A DNA stretch of 63,912 bases, filler included, from Conidiobolus incongruus B7586 (Eukaryota), in assembly GCA_000697335.1 (NCBI GenBank). It is 11 parts of 11 records of this genome, joined end to end, with 100 filler letters (N's around TTAATTAATTAA, not from the genome) between each part and the next. Parts side by side here need not be neighbours in the genome. Positions count along the whole stretch, not along the records: positions 1 to 6,228 come from JNEM01000396.1; positions 6,329 to 12,470 come from JNEM01000397.1; positions 12,571 to 18,443 come from JNEM01000398.1; 8 more parts are not named here. One strand, 5' to 3'. Positions 1 through 14,397 of the stretch are shown here, in pieces (positions within the stretch are counted from its first letter, which is position 1; each line of letters opens with the position of its first letter). A program made the position numbers and the translations under genes. The notes below the pieces were generated by a model. The model was not told the origin of the DNA. It saw only the letters and a list, made by a program, of their open reading frames with translations, and ran no database searches.

Positions 1-1831
1 TAATTATATTAATAATAGGATAAAGATATTTTAAGACTATATAATGAAATGAATGAATATATATATTTAATTAAAGTAGTTAGTTATGAAAAATATTATA
101 TAATAGTAATATATAATATTTTTTATAAATAAAGTATATATTGAATATAAAAATATTTAAGTTTAATTTTATATAATAAATTTAATAATGAATGATAAAC
201 TTGGTTGCTGATATTGGTTGATTAACTTTAATAATACCAGCTTGTTTTAGTTGACTAATAACATATACTATCCACAAATATATTATCAGATATTGATTGT
301 TAGAAAATGATTAATTTTGGTTTATTGATTGTATGAAAATTTCTCAATTCAAATAAAATTTGATCAATTTAGTTAATCACATTAAATTTAGTAAAAGTTG
401 GTTTTAATTACTCATATACAAAAGCACCATTTATTCTATAAAACAGTAATTTAAGTAAAGATTTATATATAGTTTTGAATTACTTTAAAAAAGGCCTTCT
501 ATGTTAATGAAAATATACATATTAAAGTTTTATTCATTCATTATTATATATTTGTTGAATAAAATCAAAAATATTTATTTTATTATAATTTATTTTAAAA
601 TACTTACTGATCTTTCACTTTATATTCTGGGTTCGAAATTAATATATAATAAAATTGATTATATGATTTATAATCGAGCAATATTAAATTAATTTATATC
701 TCATTTTAGATTGCATCAAAAGTACAAAATAAAGTATTATACACATGCTACAATATATCATGTGGAATATAGTTATTAAAGTCACGAAATTCAAGCTTTA
801 TTATAAAATCTTTATAAATTTAATTATAATCTATTTAATATTTGATAAATTTTATTTTAATATCAAATTTAAATTTTAAAATTAGAGTAGCAAATATTAA
901 CAACTTTTATATTTATTTTGCATTTAATTTAAGTTTATTTTCAGATACAATATCTGAAGTTGCGAAAATCGAGGTCCTCTAACTGAGATGAACTTTAATT
1001 AACCAACCTTGTCTATGAATGGTCTAGCAAAAAATGGGTAAAGCGTGTATTTTAAATGCATATTCAATTAATTACAAAATTCCGTTTAATTCAAAATTAA
1101 TTCAATTCATTATAATTAAATAAATATTATAGTATTTATTCATTAATATTTCATGATCTAATATATTGAGATTAAATCAATCTCAATAACATTATATTTC
1201 ATTATAAATATCTATCAAGCTCAAACTTTATAATTTTACAAACTATTTTCATTATTTGAAATTGGTGCAATTTAATTAAATCTATAATTAATAAATATTC
1301 ATTAAATTAATCAAAATTATCAAAAATGGAGAAAGAATTACAGATTCCCCCACAAAATTAGTAATAATTAAGGCTAAAAGGAGTGCTTAAGTATATTGTA
1401 ATATATTATAGGTATAATCCTTTATTTTCATTTTATTTTGAAATACAACCTAATGTTTGAAATGATTCAATATTATAATATCAAGAAAAACAATGAAACT
1501 TATGAAATTTCAGAATAAAATCTGACCAATAATAAAAAAAATCATATAGTGGAACAATGACAAATTAGGATTATTAAACTTTGTACAATATATAAATTAG
1601 GTTATGTCAATTTGACGTTTTTTGCAATTAAATTAAATTAACACAAAAACTGTCAACTTAATATTTATTTAATGCCAAAATGGTTTTTTTCTATATAATT
1701 TTTAGTCCCTTTTTTGAATATTTGATTATTTAATTTTTTTAATCTCACATAATATTTAGATTATTAAATTTTATTTCTCTAATAATCTTTGATGAATTTA
1801 ATATTTGTTAATAAATACCAATAACACTAAA

Positions 1832-4253
1832 ATGAATAGTAATATTGAAGATAATGACCAGTTTCAACATGAACACAGTACTTCCGAAATAATATTTGAA
1901 GGTTCACCACTTGCACAATATTTACAAGGTAAAAATTTATTTCAATTAGAAATTGTATTCAAAGTTTACAGTTTTTTGATTTCTTTATTCTAGAACAAGG
2001 CGCAACTGACAATTTCAATAAACAATTTCAGTTCTTTCCAACTCCTACTTCTAATGAATACTTTTCAATTCTTGATAATATCCAACCCCAAGCTTATAAC
2101 CAATCAAATTCCAATTCGGACAAAGATAATTTAAATTTTAAAGAATGGTACCAATTTTTATTCAAAGAGTTAAAATTTAAAAGTTTTTATTCATTTATCA
2201 GAGTAAATATTATTTTTTGAATTATTTATTTTATGTTTTAGTAAATTGCTATTATAGGAATTATTAACTGCTGAAACAGTGATCAATAGAGAATTTGATC
2301 ATTTAATAGATTACACTATTGAAAAAATTGATTTTTACGGTTGGTTAGATTTGCCAGACAGTATTTGGAAGTTTAAAACTAAAAAAGGACATATTGATTT
2401 TGAAAAACATTGCGTGCCTCGTCCTAAGTCATCCAATTTATTACCTATGCGCCATCGGTTTATTCTTCTTGGCGTAATAGCAATGATACTGGCTCTTTTT
2501 TATCAAAATAATTTGAGATCCACATTTGTCAACAGTATAATTATAATTATCACGTGTTCGATAATGATTCGATTTTACTATTTGAATTTATGGTTTAAAA
2601 AACTTACTCAGTTTATCAGTAACTTGAACCAATTCATTCAAATATACTTGGAACTTGACAAAGATTTTAAAACGATTATCAATTGGCTACAGGAAGTGGA
2701 ACTTATTTCCAAAGGGTTCAGATCAGGTATTAAGCATGAGCATGCCGAATCTATTTCGGATGAGTCGAAGGAAATGTTGATCGACAGTATCCGCACGTTG
2801 CAAGATGCTTACCACAGATGTCAAACCAGTTTAATTCGACAGTTTGATTTACCTTATAGTCCCGAGGAGATTGAACATCTTCAGCATACCAACATTATAC
2901 ATTCCAATATTGACAATGTGACTTGGCTTCAAGATCTCAAGTTACGATACGAGCAACTTTATACAACTCGCAAAACTCTACTTAATATGATCTTTAATTT
3001 AGTTAAATTTAAATTAATTTTAAAAACCAAATTTCTTTGTTATTTTAACCCAAATTTCAATCAGCTGGCACTAATTGGAAACGGTATCAAAATTCAACTT
3101 AAGGAAGTTTTCCATTTCAGTTACTCCAATAATACTGCAAGTAAGTTTCATTTTCATTAAATTAAACAATTTGTATTTAACCTTTTTTTAGATGGTTTTG
3201 ATAATAATATAATGAAACATCATCGTAAAAAATCCTCTATTAATTCGAACCACTCGAGTGGTGATGATGACCAGATGAATGCTCTAATTAAATTAAATAG
3301 AAATTTAAATAGCATAGAGTTGGAGATACGCAACTGGTTTGCCCAATTTCATGTCATCAACACTTCCATCTCAAATATTACCCAATCCTGTAAGTTTTGT
3401 GTATTGACCCAATACATATAATGTAACCAATTAATTCTTTTATAGCCACATTAAAAAATAACGTTGAAGAAACTCAAAAAGCCATTGATAGTGTCTTGAC
3501 CGAGTTTAAGCAAATGATCCAATCCATATCCAAACTGGCTGAATCTTCTAAAAAATCGCAGCAGCTATTACAAGAGTGGTCACAATCTTTCAATTCAAGT
3601 AATTTATTTTCTTATATTATTTGACTGTATCAAATAACCATCATGATACTTAGCTCCTACCACCCTGTCACCATCTCTCACTCTGATTGAGGAAGAAATC
3701 GAAAGATCCCCAGTTAGCACAGAGCTCAAATTAGACAACTTCAAAGAAGTATTCAATTGCGAAGATAGTAAACCAGCCAAAAATCTCCACAATTTGTTAA
3801 CCCATGAATCCGAAGTCTTCGAAATGGAACCTTTACCAATCATGTCACCTGACGTTAATGAGTTGAACGGCTTGACAAAGGCATAATTTATCAATATTCT
3901 GATATAATACATTTATTCACAAAAATTTAGAGTAAACTCACACGCGAAGAGCGTATCAAACTCAACAATGAGAAACGAAAATTCGTAAGTTCCATCCCTA
4001 TTATCTTGAATCAAATATCTCTGAACTAATTTCAATTTAGGAGAAGAATCTACACCTTCCCAGCGTGAGTCTCATGGTCCAAGAACTTAATTTAGCAATT
4101 CGCAATCACAAACTAAAGGTGGAGGAGTTGAGGTCAAAACCCAGGCCGAGATCGGTTCCGTCAACCCCGGTACCTGAAAGCTTTGACCAGACTGACGAAC
4201 ATCATATGAGGTCCAACACTCCCGTCAGTGAGTGTCAATCTATAGAATCTTAA
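1832..4253 (+). CDS. Vezatin-family (myosin-binding / VezA-Inp2-like) membrane protein, 8 exons
   Basis: Manual splicing gives one open frame: exons 1832-1928, 1994-2202, 2258-3140, 3192-3389, 3446-3598, 3654-3880, 3931-3984, 4041-4253. Introns are 50-65 nt; six are GT-AG and one is probably GC-AG. Two hydrophobic segments are followed by WLQEVELISKGFR, with C-terminal KLTREERIKL and MVQELN, as in fungal vezatins. Confidence 0.75.
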
Positions 4254-6228
4254 ATAATTGTATTCTCTCATAGCCCTATCCGTAATAAATTTAATTAACT
4301 GTTATTATATAGCCAATATCACATATTTCAAATATTTATTAATCAAATATTAGTAACTATCTTCATTCTACCTATAGTTTTTATATTCTTGTTTGAAATA
4401 ATTAACAAAAAAAATTCTATTAAAAGTAAACAATTCTCCATAATTAATAATTTTTAAAAAATTATATTGTCAAACTTTAGATATTATTCATATGATATAA
4501 TCATGTTAGCTCCAATTATTTTAAACTATATAAAAATTACTAGATATTTTTTAGTTTACAATATATTCAAGGACAAATATTTATTCATTTAAAGTTTTAA
4601 ATGTCTCATATTAGTTCCAAATCCCATTTAATCATTTGATTATATTTGAAAACCACCTTTTTTTAATTTTATTTAAAATTCAAATTCAATGTTTTGATAT
4701 AAATAGACAATACCTATTAATAATGTAGCCCAAACCCAAATTCTGTTTGAATTCATACTGATGAAATTTGATTGTTTTATAGAACATGAGAGTAATTATT
4801 CAATTTGATATATAAGAGTATTTGGATTGATATTTTTTTTAATCTTATATATTTATATAGAATAAAAACAAATATTTTACTAAATAAAACAATTCATACC
4901 TGCTCATTTTGACTAATTATTTTGGCCAAATTATAAGAGATATGGCTATATTTGGAGATAAATCAATTGGTATATTATGCCCAATATTTTTTAATTATTT
5001 AGGTATTTGTTACTTAAATTCTTTAATTTTTTTAATTTCTTTAATTGCCTACCTTAATAATTTTAATTTTATTCAGAAAATTAAATAATCAAGTTTTTTA
5101 TAACTAAGGTTTAATATAATCTTTAACTAAATATTTAATATAAAAAAAGAATAATATAAACTATTATTTTATTTTATATTTAATTGTTTTTTAAAATACT
5201 GTTGGTTAGCTTTTGATATATAAAAAACTGCTTATTTATTTAAAGCATGAAACTTAATATTTTATAAACTAATTTAATTTGTTAATTAAAATATGATTTG
5301 TTATTTTTTTATCTTTTTTATTCTTTAAGATAATTATAATTGAAATTATTATAGTATAGTGAATATTTTAAATACGATAGTTTTTTCATCTTAATATATT
5401 TTAATAATTTTAAATCTGTTTATTTTATGATAATTAGCCAAAAAATATATATATGAATTTTAATATTATTCTAAAAATTTATAAAATGGATAAAGAAAAA
5501 AAGCATACAGTTCGTTTTGATTGTCCTAAAAATTAAATTAAATTAAAAAATTAAAACGAATTATATATAATTATAGTCTATAATATTATATATTATTAAT
5601 ATATCAATACAATATTGAATTATTTAAATCTATATAATAAAATTTAATATCAAATAGAATTTATTAAATAAACTATGGCTTTTGGTTTTATTTTTTTAAT
5701 TTTTCATGTATTCTAATTTATTTATTTTTTTTATAATATGTTCATTAAATAAAATCCGCTTTAAAGTAATAAAGATAAGTATAATCTAAGTTTTATTTTA
5801 TAAAATATGCTTTAATTAATACCCTAAGTTTTTGATATTTATATTTATAATAATTTAATTGTTTTATTTTTTTGAATTATAATAATATAATATAAAATTA
5901 TATTAAAATATTTTAAGATTTTGCTATAATTTAAGCTTAACTATAGAATAATAAACCTAAAAATTACTGATAAATTATAATAAAATATGATTTTAATGAA
6001 ATTATGATAAAAATACAGATATAAAATAATATTTAGATATTTAAAATTATTTATTTAAATTTTAAAAAATAACTTGCTTTTATTATATTATTAAAAGATT
6101 AATATCAATATTAACCTCATTTAGTTTAAAAAAATAAAAAAATTTTATATTTGGATAATAAAATAATATTTATATTATATCAATTATTGGATATTTTATG
6201 AATAGATAATTTTAATATATTAATAATA

Positions 6229-6328
6229 NNNNNNNNNNNNNNNNNNNNNNNNNNNNNNNNNNNNNNNNNNNNTTAATTAATTAANNNNNNNNNNNNNNNN
6301 NNNNNNNNNNNNNNNNNNNNNNNNNNNN
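6229..6328. other. Artificial contig spacer N44-TTAATTAATTAA-N44
   Basis: Exactly 100 nt; the palindromic 12-mer gives stops in all six frames; identical at 10 places. Confidence 0.98.
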
Positions 6329-7299
6329 AAATTAAGATAATATATATAATATTATAATCATTATTATATTATAACTTAATAATATATTATTAATTTAAAA
6401 AAAAAATATAGATATATAAAAATTATATTAATTAAGTTTAATTTATTTGAAAGAAAATAATTTCCATTGTTTAATAATATATAATAATTATAATTATTAC
6501 AAACTCACCAACAAAATAATAGAAAAGCCACTAAAAATATAAAATATATAATTTTTTAAATTATTTCAATATAAATATTATTAAATAAAAACGTATATTC
6601 AATATTGATTTTAAAATTTATAAGATTAATAAATTTTTTGAATATTATTATATTATTATAATAATGAGTATATTAATTTTTTATTTGTAAATTATAAAGA
6701 ATTATATAAAATAATTAAACCAATATAAAGTGGAATAATAATTAAAATTAAAAATTAATATTTTCACAACTATTTAAATATTAAAATATTTAAATTTTAT
6801 TAATAATTTGATAATATTTTTTCAATAAATAGATTATATATTAATATAAATAAAAAAAGTACATAAATAATTATAAAAGTTGATTTACTAATTAATTTTA
6901 ATTTATTAAATGTCTAAAATTATAATATAATTCAAATTCTGATAAATTAAATATATAATTTTAAAAGGAAAATCAATACAATAATATATTAATAAATTGG
7001 TAATAAATTAACCTCTAATAATATATTAAGTTTAAAATTAACTAGGTAAATATCAAATATATAAAAATCATAATTAAGTTTCATTATTATGTTTGTCATT
7101 TTAAAACGAATATCAGTCTAGAAATATATTTCATCAAAATAAATCTATAAATTATAATCAAAAAATCTTAATACTTGCTATAATAATATAAATATAATTT
7201 GAATATTTATAGATTACAGTCAGAATTGATTTGATTTTGCATATTCTATTAGGAAATATTATTAATATAACTATAATAACCAATAATAAAATAATATAA

Positions 7300-7900
7300 A
7301 TTATTTAAATAAAAATTTAATACTAATATTGCAAGTTTGTAACTCAAATATAGCGATGATAAAATCAAAAATTTTGCTGACAAATCATAAAAATGTTTTT
7401 AATCAAGAAAAATATTTTTACCTTGATAAATTAATGATTGAAAATTTTAATATTATTTACAATTAAAAAATAGATGTTGTTATTCAATGTATTAGTATAA
7501 GATATATCTGAAATATATAAACTTTTATAAACATTAATTTATAATATTGATTTTATAATTACTTTAAATTTTTATTGATTTGACCTTGATAAGCTTTGTG
7601 ATTGAGAATAAAAATTATTGTTAATAAAAATGAAATTTAATTCAGATAGATATAACCATGTTGAGCAAGTTATTATATTCCACATATCTAAAGAACCCCT
7701 CAGGCTTTGAGAATTATTGAACATTATTTGAGTCTCTATGATATTATTCGTGAAATTAAATAATAAAAATTGAAAAAATAAAAATAGCAAGGTTATCTTC
7801 AAAAATAATATTTTCTCTAATGATATCATACTGATTGAATAACCTGACAAGATTAGCCGTAATGTTATAATTTCAAGTAAAATTTTAGATAAGTATTAAA
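7300..7900 (-). pseudogene. Decayed 7TM / class-A GPCR-like gene relic
   Basis: ORF 7572-7850 contains LILSGYSISMISLEKIL, resembling the TM3 S-x-ER-F/Y region, followed by hydrophobic stretches. Frameshifted hydrophobic fragments continue downstream (FDFIIAIF). Boundaries are approximate. Confidence 0.35.
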
Positions 7901-8063
7901 ATCATTGGGAATGATAACAGATAGAATGCTGAAAGTGGCGAACAAAGAATATATAAATCAAATACATTAAAATTGATAAGTATAAGCGAGAAATCTGATT
8001 AAAAAACTGCTATATCAATTGATTAATTTGAATTTATTTCGAATTGATTATTGACAGTATATA

Positions 8064-8629
8064 TTATTGCTTGGCTTTTAATAGATCTAAGATAAAGTCA
8101 TTGACGAAATAGCCTTGTAACTTTTCTTGACTGAGATATTTAGCACCTTGGATAGATTTAAAGCACTAGAGGAAAATAAGTTAGATCAAATAGAAAAATC
8201 TAGGTTATCAAAATTTACCTTGTTACTCTGGCACCAGCAGGTGAAGGGCTCGTCCATATCCCATTCAGTACTAGGGTAGAAAAAAGTAAGTTCATCGTCT
8301 ACTTTAAGATCTCGGCTAGCAATCAATTCAAGGACGGGGCGGCGATCATCGGTTTTGTAAACCTTGAGATTGACAGAAGGATCGCAGCTGTGATTAAGGT
8401 AGATAATATCCTTGTCATAGACATGATCGTGCTCAGAAATTTGGACAGTTTGGTAAGATTTATCGGTATAGTAACCATTCTTCATACTGATAATTACATC
8501 TCCTTTAGCAAAAGCTTTTCTCGTATATAACTTACTTGTTCTGTTCTTGGATAATCTAACTTCTAAAATTTCTGGATAATTGGTTAATTCTGGACTTTGG
8601 TTTAAATGATTTGGATCAACAGTTAACAT
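8064..8629 (-). CDS. Small stand-alone SET + post-SET domain protein (putative lysine methyltransferase), 2 exons
   Basis: Exons 8629-8219 and 8165-8064 (GT-AG intron 8218-8166). SET motifs YLNHSCDPS and ELTFFYP; post-SET CWC...C is completed by exon 2 (CFKSIQGAKYL). TATA-like ATATAAATAC lies about 65 nt upstream. Confidence 0.9.
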
Positions 8630-10529
8630 TTTGTATTAATTTTCACTTTTTGTCAATTTTTAAATTTAACTAAGTTGAAGGATAATAGCAGTATTTATAT
8701 ACAGTCCCATCTTGAAAAGTTTCACTTGAATTTTATCTCCAATGCCAATTATTTATCCATATGATTAATGCAATTAATTTAACACGTGATTGAATACCAA
8801 TTGCTTCTAACTGCAATGAGTGTGTAGATTGATGCCGATAATTGATAATTAGAAAAATTAATTTCCCAAAACAATTCCCATTGAATAGTTCATTTTAGTG
8901 GAAATGAATTAATCAATTTGAATTTTGGGTAAACTTGTATAATAAAAAATATTGAGCATGAACTAATATATAATTCTTCAAAATACTATTAGCAGTAATG
9001 ATTTAAGCAACAATTGTTATCTGTGTTTGGTTTGAATCATTTCTTGATAGTCTTATATTTTTAAACTATAATATCACATTTCAGAGTTTTATTGAGAATA
9101 TTTGGTAACAATTCATCTGATGAATGATTATGACTCGAATAATATAGTTAATAATTGCAATATTATTTTAAAAGAGTTGCACTTTATCAATAAGTGATCA
9201 CTTATTGTTTATGGTTCTTGATTCACATTAATTGATAACATGTAAAGCGATATTGTAATTAAAATAAGTAAAGCTTGAGTTTACCCAACTAAATGTTTAT
9301 TCATATGTCAAATGATCAAATATATTACTGCGGCGTTCTTAACCATATTTATTCCCAACTAGTCATTTGATTACTAAAAAACTGAATCTCCAAATGTCTT
9401 GTAAATATACGGATTATTTAATTACTTATTTTCCTCAAATTTAAACAATATTACTTGCTATTTCAGAAATCTTATAAATTATTAAATCCAAATCTAGTTA
9501 ATGATAATTTGTAAATACGTTAATATACTTAGTTGTAGTCTAACTATATCAAGCGACAATATTAAACGTATAACACAAAATATCTTATTTATAACTACTA
9601 AATTTTTGCATCCTTTTTAAAAGTTTTGCCGAATAATTGTTCGGTATTTTTATTTTTTAATTTATTAAATTGTAAATAATTTCGTGATGGATAACTAGCT
9701 TGGCTTATAATCAGTTGTAATAATATAAAGCTTATAGTTATTTAAAATTTATACCTATAATAATTATTTAAAATAATCAATTTCTAGCAATTGCTTTTAA
9801 AGTGATCAATCAAGCGATTTCTCATTACTGGGAATAAAACATATTTTTGGAGGTATAATAGGTGGATTTAATTAATTCTGGTCAAAAATCTTTTTGTTAT
9901 AACTACAATGATGTTGAAATTAATTAATCAACAAAAACATAACTTGTAGCCATTTATAACTAATATCATGAATTGAATTTATATTTTCAATAAAATTTGA
10001 TATAAACTTTCTGTTCAAAGTTAGTTATTTGAATGATGAATATTAAATTAAATTTTGAATTGGTAAATATGAATTTTGAATCAGTATTGGAAAATGTCAA
10101 AATTGATATAATATGCTTTAATATATAATTTGTTAAATGATAAAATAGTTAAATACATGGTTATTCCTATCTATAATTGATAATATTATTTTCAGATTTA
10201 TTAGAGATAATTTGAAACCACAATTATATATGGGTTTAATGAAGATATATCATTAGTTAGTTATATATTTGCGTAATAAATATCATTAGCTTATGATATT
10301 TGAGATTTGTTTCAAATATTCAAATCATTATTGATCATAACATTAATTTAGCTAATATATAAATATTGAATAAATATGGTTTTATATAATTCCAATTGCA
10401 ATTAGCTGAAATTGTTATTGTTTGGGAATTTTACCATATTTTATAAAATTATAGTAATTAATTATAGTATTAGATTTGATTAAGATGCTTTAATTATTCA
10501 TAATTATTAGGTAACATTATATATTGTAA

Positions 10530-10970
10530 TATCGATGACCATAAATATATGAGGAAATAAGCTCTTTAGACCTTAAATAAGGAATGATCAGTGGTATACA
10601 GGATTTTAGCATAAAGATATGAGAAATTAGTTGGTTTCACCAAATATGGTGAAAGTAGCTTATTGTGAATTGGATTTTGGAATAGAATAAATATCATACA
10701 TTTGTCATAACTTGATACTTTTAGTGAATATTATAAGCAAGCTTAAAGATGGTATATTATTAGAATTAAAATATCAAGAGTGTTTATTCGTTTATTCCTG
10801 ATAATCTGATATTCAATGCTATTGCTGACCTATATTACTAGGGGCAAGTCTCTTTCAGAAAGCAATAAAATCAATCAATTTATGAAAGGAGTTACTCCTA
10901 AAGTGATTTCTTGATTTAATATGATAATTATAGATTCTCGAGTAACTGACGAAATTATTCTTTATGAATA
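10530..10970 (+). repeat. Dispersed repeat family A, copy 1 (solo-LTR or MITE-like)
   Basis: Both ends align by eye with 44502-44851: ttcaccaaatatggtgaaagtagcttattgtgaat vs ttcaccaaatgaggtgaaagtggcttactgcgaat, and ttctcgagtaactgacgaaattatt vs ttcttgagtgattgacaggattatt. Strand is relative only. Confidence 0.8.
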
Positions 10971-12470
10971 TTAATTTAATTTTCTTAATTTATAGTTTAT
11001 AGTATCTTAATATATTTTAATGTTAATTTTTTTATTACTATTATAATTTCAAGTTAAATAAATATAATAATTTTATCTTAGTTTTTTGACTATCTTACAA
11101 TATTTAGTTTTTTTAATTTAATATTATATATTTTTATTTTATTTATTTCAAGGACTTTGTTTTAGTTATTTTTGAATTCAATTTAATAAAAGCATTTAAA
11201 TATTTACTTGACTATATAATAGGAGTTTTTTAATCAAAGGTATTTATTAATAATATAAGTATTTTCTATTTTATTATATAGTATATTGAATAATATATAT
11301 CAATTAATATTTTTATATAATATTACAATCACTATATTTGTTGATATTGATTAATTTATAAATATACTTTTTATTATATATATTTATAATTATGAAATAC
11401 TTAAGTTTAAATTATACTATATTTTTACCATTCTTTTATTAACTTGAACTATAGTAAAATACTTATATTATTAAATTTAATCATCTTATTCACAAATTTT
11501 CTTTAATTTATAGTTATTTCATTCAAAAACAAATGATTATAAATTAAGATTAAATAATAATAATATTTTAAAATATCAAAAAGTTGATATATATATCTAG
11601 TAAAAATAAACAAGAAATATATATTAGTTTTGTAATATATATTCTTTATTTTATTTATTCGTAATTTTTTAATTAAACTTTAAGATTTTATATTTTAATT
11701 AACTATTAATTAAAAAATGAAATATAATCTTTTATAGTCAGATAATATAACTTAGCCATATAATCTAATTTGAGCTAATTTAATTAAGAATTGTCTATAT
11801 TATAAATAGAAATATAATTGATTTTAATTCTATAGTTTATCTTTACTGTTTAAAAAATATAAATTTATATCAATCAGTAAAAATAAATCATGAAATTAAA
11901 ACCACTTGATATTTACTTATTAATTTAAAATTTTCTACTCAAGTTAACTTACATTGGGGTATATAATTAAAATAAATTATTTTAATTTTTTTATTAATAT
12001 TGAGTAATATTTGATTTACCTTTGTCTAATATAGCAAAATAAAGATTTTAATTAAGGTGATTAATAAATATATTAGTCTCTAATTAAAAGGGTATATTAA
12101 GCAAAAATTACTTATATCTTTATATCCTTTATTATATTATATATATCGTTATTATTATATTAGGTTATTATTAATATTATTAAGATTAGATTCTTTTAGA
12201 AAAAGATTCATATATATATATATATATAAATTTATTTTTTAATAAAAGTAAACCAACTTATAATAATATTAGAATTATTAATATAATTAAATTTCTTAAT
12301 TAAGATTATCAAAAATAATGGTAAATACCTATTTAATCCTAAATTTTTATATATTAAATTTTAAAATAATATAATAAAAAATATATCTTCAGGGTAAATA
12401 ATATACGTTAATATAATATTACTTTAGTAATATAACAAGAATTACAAAATTATAAAAGAATATTAATAAA

Positions 12471-12570
12471 NNNNNNNNNNNNNNNNNNNNNNNNNNNNNN
12501 NNNNNNNNNNNNNNTTAATTAATTAANNNNNNNNNNNNNNNNNNNNNNNNNNNNNNNNNNNNNNNNNNNN
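12471..12570. other. Artificial contig spacer
   Basis: N44-TTAATTAATTAA-N44. Confidence 0.98.
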
Positions 12571-14397
12571 TAAATATTTTATTATAATATTAAAATAAAG
12601 TTATCAAAAATCATAAATAATATAATCATCCTTTATAACTTTTTAAATTGTATATTATTTATATAATTATATATTTTTAAATTTTATCAAGTTTAGAAAA
12701 AATATAAAATATTAAAAATAAATAATAATTATTATAGTAAATTTATTATATTTTCAATAATTTTTTTAAAATATATTATATAACAAATTAATAAAACTTT
12801 ATTGAATATATTATATTATCCTGAAATTGAAAATTAAATAAATTCTATTTTGTATTATGTAGATGGGTACATAATCTTTTGATTAGAGTTATGATTTGAA
12901 AATGAAAATTCATTAATTTTGGGTGTGGCATATTTATACTCCAATTTACAGCATACTTGTTATAATTTGGCGCTAATTAATTATAGTTTCTAAATAATTT
13001 ATACAAATTTTTAATATGAAAAAATTCAATTATCAGATGTACATGTAATTATTAATTAACTTAATACTATAATTGATGAAATAAGTACCTATATTACACA
13101 GGTATATATTACTAGATATAATATCAAAAAGCATGTTAATATAAATATTAAACATGAACAAGATATTCACATTGAATTTGATGAAAATCAAATCCTTCCA
13201 TGAAATCATTATTTTATAAAATAATTCAAATAATTTGAAAATTATTAATAAATTTGCTATTAGATTTCAAGTATATTAAAATTCAAATAGAATATCAAAT
13301 AATATATTATAAATTAATAATATCATCATATAGTTTTTAATATAAATCAAATATTTGAAAAATTCAAGTGATAATAAATAATTAATATATAAAAATCTGA
13401 TATTTATAAATGAGGAGAAATAATAATGTTCGCCTTGATACAGTTAATCATGTTATTTAACTTATGCTACCAGACTTGAATTACTAATCCACATAACTTA
13501 AAGTATCATAGAATCAATAACAAACCAGAGTTTCAACACATTTTATTTCAATTAATTTTGGAATTGAATGTTTTGTCATTTTCAAAATGAATGAATAATA
13601 TACGGTAGAAACACATTGAATTTAGTGAATTAAGAATTGATTAGAATATGAAAATAAATTAATGTGATTGATTCAAATTGAGGTACAGGTATTGTAGATA
13701 TTATCTATCATCAACTCTGCTAATTAAATATTTCATTTATTTTCATTCGATTGATAAGTAAAAATATCGACTTTTTAGGTAGGATTCTAAGCCTTAATTC
13801 TGACGAGTAAACTTGAAAGGTTGCTATATTAGGCAATATTCGGTTTGAAATTCATCTATTGGTGAATGAGATGGGATTAATATTTTGAAATTGACAAATG
13901 TAATTGGGTTGATTGGCTGGTGGTGAGTTCTATGGGAAAATATGATTGACTGAAATTGGTGTTATTAAAATATGGGAATAATTCGTATTATATCAATCCA
14001 CCCTAATAGAAATCATACGAATAATTCTGCCTAATCACAACTGACCAATTATATTGAATGCCAAAGCACAATTTTCTTCTTATAAACATTTGGTATTACA
14101 CAATTATTAATACCAAATTTTGGGGAATGGATGATTTGGGATTATAAAAGAAAATTTGATTGCTTATTGAATTAGGTTTGAAACTTGCGAATAACAAATC
14201 CTTTATCCAACTAAAAAACTCCTTTTCCACTATATCGAATAACACTTGCCCACAGCTTATTCTCTTCAACCCTCTGTACTAATTCAGTTATCAAAATAAC
14301 TGGAAATTAAACCAATCTGATTCTCAAATTTCTTCAAAAATTTACTAACATTTCATCCAATTTCCTTAATAGTTTAATTTCCTAAAATTTCACCAAA

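Noticed and set aside
501..692. 63-aa ORF, and similar ORFs at 24955-25137 and 29419-29616
   Set aside because: I/F/Y/N/K-rich chance ORFs in extremely AT-rich DNA with no motifs.
940..958. Hairpin TTCAGATA-CAA-TATCTGAA in a slightly GC-richer patch
   Set aside because: Short AT-rich inverted repeats are expected by chance; no RNA family features.
3604..3912. 102-aa minus-strand ORF
   Set aside because: Antisense shadow of a vezatin exon.
12210..12228. (TA)n and (TAA)n microsatellites here and near several contig ends
   Set aside because: Ordinary low-complexity sequence that probably contributes to assembly breaks; no CRISPR-like or telomeric array seen.
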